Source of the DNA: an uncultured delta proteobacterium
GTDB taxonomy: Bacteria > Myxococcota_A > Polyangia > Polyangiales > JAFGIB01
Direction: 5' to 3'
Assembly (NCBI GenBank): GCA_963778655.1
Contig: CAVZVA010000010.1
Span: 1,568,001-1,632,000, forward strand
DNA length: 64,000 nt
Below, piece by piece: positions 9,219 to 18,745 of the stretch (positions within the stretch are counted from its first letter, which is position 1; each line of letters opens with the position of its first letter). The notes under the pieces were generated by a model. It saw only the letters and a program-made list of their open reading frames with translations, was not told the origin of the DNA and searched no databases. The position numbers and the translations under genes are program-made.

Positions 9219-11128
9219 TGCGGGGTGACGAAGCGACCGCCGTCTCCACGCGCCGCCGCCCCGAGCCGGGCGCGGCACGCTGGTCGCTGATGCTCGCCGC
9301 CATCGGCGTGGTCTACGGCGACATCGGCACCAGCCCGCTGTACGCCGTCAAGGAGTGCTTCAGCCCGCACAGCACGCACCACGTGCCGGTGACCGTGGAG
9401 AACGTGCTGGGGATCCTCTCGCTGGTGTTCTGGGCGCTGCTGATGGTGGTGAGCGTCAAGTACCTGGTGTTCGTGCTGCGCGCCGACAACGACGGGCAGG
9501 GCGGAATCCTCGCGTTGCTGGCGCTGGTGCCGCGCCGGACCGGGAACGGCGGGGCGGGTTGGCTCGCCTTGCTGGTGTTGTTCGGCGCCGCGCTGCTGAC
9601 CGGCGAGGGGGTGATCACGCCGGCCATCTCCGTGCTCTCCGCGGTCGAGGGGCTCGGGGTCGCGACCAACAAGCTCGAGGTCTTCGTGGTGCCGATCACC
9701 TGCGGCGTGCTGATCGCGCTGTTTGCGGTGCAGCGCAAGGGGACGGGCGGCATTGGCAAGGTGTTCGGACCGATTACCGTCACCTGGTTCGTCACCATCG
9801 CGGTGCTCGGGGTGCGCGAGCTGGTGACCGATCCGGCGGTGCTCGCAGCCGCCGATCCGCGTCACGCCGTGCGCTTTCTGCAGCACCACCGCGGGCACGG
9901 CTTCCTGTTGCTCGGCGGGGTAGTGCTGGCGATCACCGGGGTCGAGGCGCTCTACGCCGACATGGGCCACTTCGGCCGCGGCCCGATCCGCGTGACCTGG
10001 TTCTCGGTGGTCTGGCCCGCGCTGCTGCTCAACTACTTCGGTCAGGGCGCGCTGCTGCTGGCCCGACCGGCGAGCGCGACCAATCCCTTCTACGGGCTTG
10101 TTCCCGAGGTCGCGCTCTATCCGGTGGTGACGATTGCCACCGCGGCCACGGTGGTCGCGTCGCAGGCGCTGATCTCGGGCTTGTTTTCGCTGATCCAACA
10201 GGCCGTGCAGCTCGGGTTCTTTCCGCGCGTGACGGTGATCCACACCTCGCAGCAGACCGAGGGCCAGATCTACATCCCCGAGGTGAACTGGGGGCTGTGC
10301 ATCGCGTGCATCGGCCTGGTGCTGGCTTTTCGTTCCTCCGGCGCGCTGGCGGCCGCATACGGCATCGCGGTCACCGGTACCATGTCGATCACCTCGATCG
10401 TCTACTTCGTGGTCGCCACCCGGACCTGGCAGTGGCCGTGGTGGAAGGCGGGGCCGCTGGTGGCGACATTCCTGGCCATCGATCTGTCCTTCTTCACCGC
10501 CAACGCGGCCAAGTTCTTCCAGGGGGGGTGGTTTCCGATCGTGCTCGGGGTCGCCCTGTTCACCGTGATGACGACCTGGAACGCGGGACGCCGCACACTC
10601 GCCCAGGTCTTCAAGGATTCGACGCTGCCGCTGGAGTCGTTCCTCGATGACCTGGCCGAGCACGAGCCCCACCGGGTGCGCGGCACGGCGGTGTTCATGT
10701 CGTCGAGCCCGACCGGCACGCCACCGGTGCTGCTCCACCATCTCAAGCACAACCAGGTGCTGCACGAGCAAGTGGTGCTGCTCTCGGTGCTGGCCCTGCA
10801 CGTGCCCGAGGTGCCGACCGACGGGCGTGTCGAGGTGACCAGCCTGGGGCTGGGCGTGTACCAGGTGATCGCGCGTTATGGATTCATGCAGCAGCCCAAC
10901 GTGCCGCAGGTTCTGGCGCTGTGCGCGCGCAAGGGGCTGATCACCGATCCGGCGCGCACCAGCTATTACCTCGGCCGCGAGACCCTGCTGCCTACCGGCC
11001 GTTCGAAGATGTGGCGCTGGCGCAAGAGCCTGTTCGCGTACATAGCGCGCAACTCACGCCCCGCCACCGCGTACTTCGGGCTGCCGCCGAACCGCGTGGT
11101 GGAGCTCGGCATGCAGCTCGACATCTAG
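9218..11128 (+). CDS. kup: KUP/HAK/KT potassium transporter
   Basis: GVVYGDIGTSPLY, ADNDGQGG, EALYADMGHFG, QIYIPEVNW, YYLGRET; TGATG overlap with upstream gene. Confidence 0.96.
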   Translation: MRGDEATAVSTRRRPEPGAARWSLMLAAIGVVYGDIGTSPLYAVKECFSPHSTHHVPVTVENVLGILSLVFWALLMVVSVKYLVFVLRADNDGQGGILALLALVPRRTGNGGAGWLALLVLFGAALLTGEGVITPAISVLSAVEGLGVATNKLEVFVVPITCGVLIALFAVQRKGTGGIGKVFGPITVTWFVTIAVLGVRELVTDPAVLAAADPRHAVRFLQHHRGHGFLLLGGVVLAITGVEALYADMGHFGRGPIRVTWFSVVWPALLLNYFGQGALLLARPASATNPFYGLVPEVALYPVVTIATAATVVASQALISGLFSLIQQAVQLGFFPRVTVIHTSQQTEGQIYIPEVNWGLCIACIGLVLAFRSSGALAAAYGIAVTGTMSITSIVYFVVATRTWQWPWWKAGPLVATFLAIDLSFFTANAAKFFQGGWFPIVLGVALFTVMTTWNAGRRTLAQVFKDSTLPLESFLDDLAEHEPHRVRGTAVFMSSSPTGTPPVLLHHLKHNQVLHEQVVLLSVLALHVPEVPTDGRVEVTSLGLGVYQVIARYGFMQQPNVPQVLALCARKGLITDPARTSYYLGRETLLPTGRSKMWRWRKSLFAYIARNSRPATAYFGLPPNRVVELGMQLDI

Positions 11129-11204
11129 CGAGGCTGCGCCTCAGACCCACGAGACATGCAGGTGAGCCCCGCGGCGAGACCGGGCCTCGCCAGCTTTCTG
11201 TGAC

Positions 11205-11289
11205 CGGGAGGGGCACGCGCCCCTGCCGCCGCACCGGCAAAGCCGTTGGGGCCTCACCCTCCCGCGAGGTCGTTGCGCTCCGCTCTCGC
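11205..11289 (+). repeat. Structured intergenic repeat, copy A
   Basis: CGGgAGGGGC-ACGC-GCCCCTgCCG hairpin, CACCGGC-AAA-GCCGTTG hairpin, CACCCTCCC; homologous to 15448-15530 and 60763-60848 (both reverse strand). Confidence 0.7.
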
Positions 11290-11345
11290 AAACTTGACTC
11301 AACTGTCCAGATCAGCCGGCCTCAAGGACTCTAACCGGAGCGGTA

Positions 11346-11360
11346 TGGCGCGAGAGCTGC
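11346..11360 (+). promoter_or_regulatory. Possible sigma-54 (-24/-12) promoter
   Basis: TGGCGCG-AGAG-CTGC vs consensus TGGCACG-N4-TTGC, correct GG-N10-GC spacing, about 170 nt before ATG 11529. Confidence 0.3.
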
Positions 11361-11528
11361 GCAGCTGCATGCGCGCCCAAGGTGCCGGCGTTGTAGCCAA
11401 ATCGCTCAATGCGAAGCCCTCCAGCTCAATCGTTCCATACCGCCAAATCAGGTCAGTTGCGCATGGTAAGAGGCCCGCGAGCATGCGGGTGTCTTCCGCT
11501 GCTGGTTGGGCCATCCAGGAGAGCATCC

Positions 11529-12993
11529 ATGAGGGGTATTGGGCTTACCTTAATCGCAGCTGCTTGCGTGTCGCTGGCCGCATGCTCGAAAGCCAATAAC
11601 AACGGTCAGGGCAGCATGACCTCGCAGCTGCCGGGCAACGGCGTGGGCGCGACCGGCGGGATGAGCGGCGCGCTCCCCGGGGTCGGGGGCTCGAACGTCC
11701 TGCCGGGAAGCGGGGGCGGGGGCGGGGGCGGAAGCGCGGTCATGCCGGCCGGCAGCGGCGGCACCGGCGGCGGCACCGGAGGTGGCAGCGCGGTCGCGGG
11801 AGCTGGGGGCGCGGCGGTCAGCCCGGGAACGGGCGGCACCGGCGGCACGGCGGCGGGCACTGGGGGTGAAGGCACCGCCGGCAGCAGCGGAGGCGGGATG
11901 CCGCCGCCCGACGTGATGGGCTGCGGCGACACCAAGCTCTATCAGGTGCCCGATGACCCGGGTGCGCCGGGTCCGTGGCCGGTGGGCGTCAAGACACTAC
12001 AGGTCGCGATCGCGGGCGGCAGCATCCCGGTGGAGGTCTGGTACCCGGCACCCTTCGGTAGCGGTGCGGGACAGACACGCGAGGTCTACGACCCTTCGAG
12101 CTGGATTGGCTCGGCCAGCGAACGCATGAAGATCCCCGAGGCCGACAAGACGCCGGAGTCGTGCGACTGCTATCGCGACCTGCCGGTCGATACTACGCAC
12201 GGGCCGTATCCGGCGGTGATCTTCATCCACGGCACGGGCTCGTTCCGTGTGGCCTCGCTGAGCACGATGACGCAGTGGGCGAGCCGCGGATTCGTGGTCG
12301 CGGCCGCGGACCATCCGGGCATGTTCCTGACCGACTATCTCGCCGACGGAGTGATCTCGCCAGGGCACCGGCATCAACCAGGACGTGAGCCGCGACGTGG
12401 ACGCGATGCTGGCCGCGATGACGGCGAAGAGCGACGGCTTCGACTTCCTGGGCGACTCGCTCGACATGACCCGCATCGGCATGAGCGGGCATAGCCAGGG
12501 CGCCTCGTACGCGGCCGCGTTCGGCGCCAAGGGCAACGTGCAGGTCGACATGCCGTTCGCCGACTTTGGCGGGACGGTGGTCGGCGGCTCCATGATCAAG
12601 TCCTCGTTGTTCGTATCCGGCCTGTCGGACAGCGTCGTGGGGTACTCGTCCGACCAGACCGCGTATGCCGCCTCGCCCATGGTCAGGCGCCTGGTGGGTC
12701 TGACCGGCGGCGATCATCTCAACGTGACCGACATGTGCTGGGTCACCAATTCCAAGGGCGAGACCGGTATCCAGGTCGCGAACGACTATGGGCTGTGCGG
12801 CGGCGTGACGCTGGGCTTGCTCAACGTGCTGGCCAAGTGCGGGACGATCGATGCCAAGCGCGGCGTCGCGGCCGTCAACTACGTGACCACGGCCGCGCTC
12901 GAGGAGACGCTGCACTGCCAGGATCGCAGCGCGGCGTTCGACATGCTGCAGACCAAGTACCCCGAGGTCGGCGACTTCCAGCACCAGCCGTAG
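11529..12993 (+). pseudogene. Lipoprotein alpha/beta hydrolase (chlorophyllase/PAF-AH-like), split by a frameshift near 12357
   Basis: Lipobox LAAC; GPWPVG, EVWYP, IFIHG, ASRGFVVAAADH in the first frame; GHSQG nucleophile and GGDH in the 12385 frame. Confidence 0.78.
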
Positions 12994-13132
12994 GGGCGGC
13001 ACGCCCATCGGCGCTACAGCTGGACCGCGGCCGCAGTGGTCAACCCCTGCGGCCGCTGCCCCGGCGGCAGCAGCGCGTTCGTCGGCATGCTCGGCTGCAC
13101 GAAGGGCACGAGCAGCGCCTGGCCGGTGAGCC

Positions 13133-14851
13133 TCACGGCTGCGGCGCGGCCTCCAGCATGCGCTGCAGCGCTTGGACCTCGGGATGGCCCGGGGCGTGGG
13201 CGCGCAGCCAGCTCGCCTGGGCCTGCGCTTCGGGCATGCGTCCGGCGCGCGCCAGGGCGAGCGCCAGGCGCACGCGCGCCGCGATCCGCTGCGGCTCCAG
13301 GCGCACGCACTGCGCGAGCTCGGCCGCGGCTTGCGCGAAGTGCCCCGCTACACCTAGGCCCAGGCCGTAGTCGTAGTGCGCCTGCGCGTCGCCTGGACGC
13401 AGCTCTGCGCTGCGCCGCATGTGTGCCAGGGCCTCGGCCTGCCGGCCCTGCGCCAGCAGCAGCCCGCCCAGGTTGGCGTGGGCTTCGGCGTAGTCCGGGT
13501 CGCGCGCGAGCGCTGCGCGCAGCTCGGCGACCGCGCCTGGCACATCGCCTTCGGCGGCCAGCGCTTTGGCCAGGTTGTAGTGCGCGCGGGGGTTCTGGGG
13601 GCGCGCTTGCGCCGCGCTCTGCCAGGCCGCGCGCAAGCTCGCGAAGTCGGACGCGTGCGCCCGCGCGCGCGCCCCGAGCGCGCCGGCCGCCAGCAGCGCG
13701 CAGCCGCCCAGCAGCCAGGGCGCGGCGCCCGCGGGCGGAGCCCGTCTGGCTTGGAGCCAGGCCAGCAGCGCCTCGGCCAGCAGCACGCAGCAGGCGAGCA
13801 GCGCCAGCAGCGGCAAGTAGAAGCGCCGGTCGGCGCCGACCTCGGTGTGGATGCTGAACAGGCTCGAGCTCGGCGCCAGCACGCCGAAGATGAACGCGCC
13901 CGGAAAACCGAGCCTGGGATGGGTGACGCACAGCAGCGCGCAAGCCGCGACCAGCAGCCCGGTACCCAACAGGTAGGGCCACGCCGCGGCTGCGCTCTGC
14001 GGCAGCAGCGGGCCGTAGTCGAGCACCGGATGCGCCGGCCACAGCGCCACCGCGAAGTAGTGCGGAATGATCTGCGCCTGCGCGATCAGGTAGTCGGCCT
14101 CGGCGAAGCGCACCGATCCGGGGCGCGGGTCGCCGCGCTGCAGCCACGCGATCGGGATCAGGCAGGCGAGCAGGGTGGCGTGCAGCGGCAGCCGCGCGCG
14201 CAGCGCACCGCGCAGCGAGCCGGCGAAGAACGCGCGGTCGAAGAGCAGCGCGATCACCGGCGCGGTTGCGAACACCTCTTTGGAGCCGGCGCCGAGCAGC
14301 CCCAGCGCGGCCAGCGGCAACACGTAGCGGGCGGCGCGCGCGTTTGCGGCGGCTCGCGCCAGCAAGAGCAGCACTCCGAGATAGGCCAGCGCGGCGAGCG
14401 ACTCGGTGCGCTGGCTGGTGTAGAGCACCTCCTCGACGCACAGCGGATGCACGACGAACAGCAGCGCCGAGGCCAGGGCCAACGCGCCCGCGCGCGCGCG
14501 CACCCGCGGCGAGAACGCCGCCGACCCCAGCAGCTCGCGCAGCAGCAGGAACCCGAGCAGCGCGACCGCGAAGTGCAACAGCAGGTTGGTGGCGTGGTAG
14601 GCGACCGGCTCGAGCCCGAACCACGCGTAGTCCAAGGCCAAGCTCAGGTTGGCCAGCGGCCGCCCGGCCATCGGCGTGTCGCGCTCGGGTTGCAACGCGC
14701 GCGCCAGCCCCGGCCCGCGGATGGTGGCGTTGTCGACCACCGATTGCTGGTCGTCGAACAGGAAGGGACCGCTCAGACGGTCCGCGTAGAGCAGCGCGCA
14801 GGCTGCAGCAAGCACCAGCGCCGCCGCTCCGGTGATCGGCCCGCGCCTCAC
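13133..14851 (-). CDS. TMTC-like (GT-C membrane domain + C-terminal TPR) protein
   Basis: FLFDD, GRPL, YHATNLLLH, VHP..EEV.Y.SQRTE, SKE, ADRRFYLP, then TPR repeats (AHYNLA, AHANLG, AHYDYG); start uncertain. Confidence 0.8.
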   Translation of the reverse strand: MRRGPITGAAALVLAAACALLYADRLSGPFLFDDQQSVVDNATIRGPGLARALQPERDTPMAGRPLANLSLALDYAWFGLEPVAYHATNLLLHFAVALLGFLLLRELLGSAAFSPRVRARAGALALASALLFVVHPLCVEEVLYTSQRTESLAALAYLGVLLLLARAAANARAARYVLPLAALGLLGAGSKEVFATAPVIALLFDRAFFAGSLRGALRARLPLHATLLACLIPIAWLQRGDPRPGSVRFAEADYLIAQAQIIPHYFAVALWPAHPVLDYGPLLPQSAAAAWPYLLGTGLLVAACALLCVTHPRLGFPGAFIFGVLAPSSSLFSIHTEVGADRRFYLPLLALLACCVLLAEALLAWLQARRAPPAGAAPWLLGGCALLAAGALGARARAHASDFASLRAAWQSAAQARPQNPRAHYNLAKALAAEGDVPGAVAELRAALARDPDYAEAHANLGGLLLAQGRQAEALAHMRRSAELRPGDAQAHYDYGLGLGVAGHFAQAAAELAQCVRLEPQRIAARVRLALALARAGRMPEAQAQASWLRAHAPGHPEVQALQRMLEAAPQP

Positions 14852-14954
14852 GCGTCTGCCAGATCGGGCGCCAGCGGCCGCATTCGTCCCACGTACCAAA
14901 AGCCTCGCGAGCTGGCAAGAAGTCGGGCCCGGCGACGCTCGGACGCGATCACGC

Positions 14955-15374
14955 TCAGCGCACGAGCATCACCGCGCAGGGCGCGAGCATCGCAACCTGG
15001 TGGCTGATGGTCCCGACGCCGCCGGCCGGATGCTCGGTGTCGACGTGGTGGGTGGCCATCACGATCAGGTCGCAGCTCTCGCGCTCGGCTTGTTCCACGA
15101 TCTCGCGGGCACGCCGGCCGGTCGCGATGCGGATGTCGACCTCCAGGCCCTTGCCCGACAGGCGCTCGGCCCACCCGAGCAGGGTGACCTGGGCGTTGCG
15201 CGTAAGCTCGCTGTAGAAGTCCTCGAGCTCCTCGCTAGGTACGTCCTCGATCGCTTCGATCACGTGCAGCAGAGTGACGCTGGCGCCGTGCATCTGCGCC
15301 AGCTCGGCCGCGGCATCCAGCGTGGCCCCGTTGTTCTCGGACAGATCGACAGGCAGCAGGATGTGCTCGAACAT
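14955..15374 (-). CDS. Universal stress protein
   Basis: MFEHILLPVDLS, LLHVI, DLIVMATH, GTISHQVAMLAPCAVMLVR. Confidence 0.92.
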   Translation of the reverse strand: MFEHILLPVDLSENNGATLDAAAELAQMHGASVTLLHVIEAIEDVPSEELEDFYSELTRNAQVTLLGWAERLSGKGLEVDIRIATGRRAREIVEQAERESCDLIVMATHHVDTEHPAGGVGTISHQVAMLAPCAVMLVR

Positions 15375-15447
15375 CACCTGTTGGACATAAGCCCCCGGGC
15401 CTCGACCGCAAGCCCAGGGCGGCAGGCTCGCGTGCGCGCGTAGTGAC

Positions 15448-15530
15448 GCGGGAGCGAAGCGACCCCCGTGGGAGGGTGGGCCCCGTTGGGCTTTGCCCAA
15501 CCGGCGGGACGGTCGCGTGACCCTCCCGAT
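15448..15530 (-). repeat. Structured intergenic repeat, copy B
   Basis: On - strand: CGGGAgGGTC-ACGC-GACCgTCCCG, GTTGGGC-AAA-GCCCAAC, CACCCTCCC. Confidence 0.7.
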
Positions 15531-15542
15531 AGCAAGCCCCCC

Positions 15543-16319
15543 TCACCGCCGTTCGAAGCGCGGAGGCCTGCGTTCGGCCATCGCCCGCGTGCCCTCGCGG
15601 AAGTCCGCGCTCGCCTGTAGTCGTTCCTGCTCGGCGCGCTCGCGCGCGGTCGCGGCGCGGACGCGCGCGGCCAGGTCGCCTCGCAGGGTCGCGCGGATCG
15701 CCTCGATCGCGAGCGGCGCCGAGCCCGCGATCTCGCGCGCGAAGGCGTAGGCCTCGTCACGCAGGCGTTCGAGCGGCGCGAGGCGATCGCACAGCCCGAG
15801 CTGCAGCGCGTCCTCGCCGGGTACGCGCGCGCCGGTGTAGAGCAGCTCGAGCGCGCGCTGCTGGCCGACCACCCTGGGCAGCGTCACCGTCAGCCCGAAG
15901 CCGTGGTGCAGCCCCAAGCGAGCGAAATTGGCGCTGAAGCGCGCCTCGGGCGCGGCGATGCGCAGGTCCGCGGCCAGTGCCAGCCCCAGCCCGCCGCCCA
16001 CCGCGGCGCCTTGGACCGCGGCCAGGATCGGCTTGTTGGTGCTGAACACGCGCAGCGCCTCGTCGTAGAGGTGGCGGCCGTCCTGCGCCTGCAGCGGCAG
16101 GCCCCGAAAGTCCGCGCCGGCGCAGAAGTGCTTGCCCTGCGAGCACAGCAGCACCACGCGGCAGCCCGGCTCGCGATCGAGCGCCTCGAGGGCGTCCGCG
16201 ATCGACGCGATCAAGGCGCGATCGAAGTAGTTGTCGGGCGGCCGCGCGATCTCCAGCGTGGCGACGTGGTCCTGCGCGAGATCGACGTTCACGTCCCCGT
16301 AGCCGCCGAAGCTCGTCAT
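15543..16319 (-). CDS. Enoyl-CoA hydratase/isomerase family protein
   Basis: FCAGADF, KPILAAVQGAAVGGG, ADFREG..AMAERRPPRF. Confidence 0.93.
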   Translation of the reverse strand: MTSFGGYGDVNVDLAQDHVATLEIARPPDNYFDRALIASIADALEALDREPGCRVVLLCSQGKHFCAGADFRGLPLQAQDGRHLYDEALRVFSTNKPILAAVQGAAVGGGLGLALAADLRIAAPEARFSANFARLGLHHGFGLTVTLPRVVGQQRALELLYTGARVPGEDALQLGLCDRLAPLERLRDEAYAFAREIAGSAPLAIEAIRATLRGDLAARVRAATARERAEQERLQASADFREGTRAMAERRPPRFERR

Positions 16320-16323
16320 CGCC

Positions 16324-17508
16324 TCACCCCCTGTTGTCGCGCGGAAACTGCACCAGCTGTCGGGCCATGATCAAGCGTTGAATCTGCCCGGTCCCTTCGA
16401 CGATGTCCATCGCCTTGACGTCGCGGTAGAGCTTCTCGATCAGGTGATCGCCGCGGCCGCCGGTAAGGCCCAGCAGCTCCATGCCGAGCGCCGCCGCGTC
16501 CTGGGCCACGGAGGCGGCGACCGCCTTGCACATCGAGGCCTCGAGCACGTTGGGGCGCTCCTGGTCGGCGAGCCAACCCGCGCGGAGGCACATGAGCCGC
16601 GCCATGCGCAGCTTGCGCGCCATCTGCTCCAGGCGGTCGCGCACGCGCACACGCACGAGCAGGCCGTGCTCGCGCGCGAAGGCCAGCGATTCGTCGAGCG
16701 CCGCGCGCCCGATGCCGACAGCGTTGGCGGCGATCTGGGGGCGGCCGGCGTTGAAGGTGCGCATCGCGCTTTTGAAGCCCTCGCGCTGCTGGTGAGGCGT
16801 CTCGCCGCCGAGCAGGTTCTCCGCCGGCACCCGGCACTCGGCCAGCGCGAACGAGGTCGACTCGTACGCGCGCAGGCCCATCTTGCGCTCGATCTTGAAC
16901 GGCCCGAGCCCGGGCGTGCCGCGCTCGACGAAGAACGCGCGCTGCGCGGCGCGGCCGCCCGCCGGGTCGAGCGTGGCCTGCACCAGGATCCAGTCGGCGC
17001 GGCTGGCGTTGCCGATGAAGCATTTGGCGCCGTCGAGCACATAGCCCGCGCCGTCCTTGCGCGCGCGGGTGCGGATCGCGGCCACGTCGGAGCCGCCTCC
17101 CGGCTCGGTCATCGCGAACGAGGCCCAGCGCGGCCGGTCGGGCGCGAGGAAGGGGCCCAGGAAGCGCTGTTTCTGCGCTTCGGTAGCGAGCGCCAGCACG
17201 TTCATCTCGGGCAGGCCCGGGCCGGGGTTGGCGACGCCCACGCCGCGATCCCAGTACGCCAGCTCCTCGGAGGCCAGCAGCGCCAGCACGGTGTTGCGCG
17301 TGCGCTCGCGGCCGCGCTCGCTGCCCGGGCCGGCCCAGCGCGTGCGGCCTTCGCCGCGCGCGAGGTGGCGGGCGAAGTAGGGATGGTCCTCCGGGATGGG
17401 ACGTTCCAGCCGGTCGGCCTCGAGCCCCACCGGCCGCACCTCGCGTCGCCCCAGCTCGCGCGCCTGCTCCAGCCGTTCGCGCGTGCGCCGATCGAGCGAC
17501 AGCTCCAT
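16324..17508 (-). CDS. Acyl-CoA dehydrogenase (catalytic subunit)
   Basis: FAMTEPGGGSD, LDGAKCFIGN, KMGLRA, DIVEGTGQIQR with catalytic Glu. Confidence 0.93.
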   Translation of the reverse strand: MELSLDRRTRERLEQARELGRREVRPVGLEADRLERPIPEDHPYFARHLARGEGRTRWAGPGSERGRERTRNTVLALLASEELAYWDRGVGVANPGPGLPEMNVLALATEAQKQRFLGPFLAPDRPRWASFAMTEPGGGSDVAAIRTRARKDGAGYVLDGAKCFIGNASRADWILVQATLDPAGGRAAQRAFFVERGTPGLGPFKIERKMGLRAYESTSFALAECRVPAENLLGGETPHQQREGFKSAMRTFNAGRPQIAANAVGIGRAALDESLAFAREHGLLVRVRVRDRLEQMARKLRMARLMCLRAGWLADQERPNVLEASMCKAVAASVAQDAAALGMELLGLTGGRGDHLIEKLYRDVKAMDIVEGTGQIQRLIMARQLVQFPRDNRG

Positions 17509-18602
17509 CAGGCTTGCTCCGACGCTGCCAGCGCGCAGAGCTCGAGCGGGATCTCGCCTTCGCACACGCCGGCGCCCGCCTGCTCGCGCGCGGCGTCCAC
17601 GCCGCCCAGCAGCAGCCCCAGCGCGCGCGCCTCGCGCATGTATTTCTCGACCGGATGATCCTGCATGAAGCCGTGACCGCCCAAGATCTGCACCGCAGCT
17701 GGCCCCACGAAGCGCGAGGCCTCGACCGCCTCGACGAATGCGCCGGCTGCTTCGGCTGCGCACGGCTGGCCCTGCTCGGCGCGTAGCGCCGCGTCGTGCA
17801 ACAGCAGGCGCGCGCCCTCCACGGCGGCGTGCATGTCTGCGATCATGAACGCCAGCGCCTGGTGGTGCGCGATCGGCTTGCCGAAGGCCACGCGTTCGAG
17901 CGCGTAGCGACGCGAGTAGTCGGCCGCTTGGCGCAGCACGCCGACCAGCAGCGCGCCTACGTACACGCGTGCGCGCGCCAGGGCGCGCCTCGCGCCGGGC
18001 GCGCCGTCGAAGCGCGCCGCGACCGGCGCCTGACGCAGGCTGAGCGCGCACGCACCGGCCGCGCGCAGACCCGCACCCGGCAGCGGCTCGGCCGCCAGAC
18101 CCTCGCGCAGCACGAGCGCGCCGTCGTCGCGCAGCACGACCAGCAGCTCCACCTGCTGCGCTGGCAGCCAGGGGATGCTACCCGAAAGGCCGCCCCCGTC
18201 CGGCTCGAGCGCCGCATCGCCGGGCGCGACCAGTAGCGCGCGCGCGCCCGGGCGCTGCAACAGCGGCAGCGCCAGCTCGCTGAGCGCACGCTCGCCGCCC
18301 AGCTCGAGCAGCGGGTAGAGCGCCGGGCCCAGACGATCGAGGGCGAGCGCCGCACCGGGATCGGCGGCGCCGAGCTCCTCGTTGACAAGGGCGCGGGCAA
18401 GCGGTCCGAGCGCGGCGCCGCCGAGCTGCGCCGGCAGCTCCAATCCCGCGAGCCCGATGCGCGCGTAGGCCTCTTGCGCCTGCGCGGCGACCCCCCGGGC
18501 GAGCTCGGCCTGGCGCAATCCCGCCTGCAGCTGGCCGGCGCCGAAGGCGCGCGTCGTCTGCACCAGCAGCCCGAGCTCCTCGGACAGGTCGAAGTCGAAC
18601 AA
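17508..18602 (-). CDS. Acyl-CoA dehydrogenase family protein (degenerate partner subunit)
   Basis: FDFDLSEE N-terminus (TTG start), RVAFGKPIAHHQ, QILGGHGFMQDHPVEKYMRE; lacks TEP and catalytic Glu; TGATG overlap with next gene. Confidence 0.85.
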   Translation of the reverse strand: MFDFDLSEELGLLVQTTRAFGAGQLQAGLRQAELARGVAAQAQEAYARIGLAGLELPAQLGGAALGPLARALVNEELGAADPGAALALDRLGPALYPLLELGGERALSELALPLLQRPGARALLVAPGDAALEPDGGGLSGSIPWLPAQQVELLVVLRDDGALVLREGLAAEPLPGAGLRAAGACALSLRQAPVAARFDGAPGARRALARARVYVGALLVGVLRQAADYSRRYALERVAFGKPIAHHQALAFMIADMHAAVEGARLLLHDAALRAEQGQPCAAEAAGAFVEAVEASRFVGPAAVQILGGHGFMQDHPVEKYMREARALGLLLGGVDAAREQAGAGVCEGEIPLELCALAASEQA

Positions 18603-18689
18603 ACCCGAGCCCTTCGCGGTTGCGAAACCGCTTGCATCGTCGATCCATTCGCCTGCGCGATCAACCCGGCCGCGTGCTCGCGCCCGTCG

Positions 18690-18729
18690 CCGATTCGGAA
18701 GCGCGCGTTGACGCGCGCTTCCGAATCGG
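18690..18729. promoter_or_regulatory. Perfect 19-bp inverted repeat between divergent acyl-CoA dehydrogenase operon and AraC gene
   Basis: CCGATTCGGAAGCGCGCGT-TG-ACGCGCGCTTCCGAATCGG. Confidence 0.6.
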
Positions 18730-18745
18730 AGATAGCCTTGGCCCC

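Noticed and set aside
9590..9630. Kup LTGEGVITP instead of the common YGDG motif
   Set aside because: Glu at this position also occurs in functional Kup (E. coli E116), so it is not evidence of altered function
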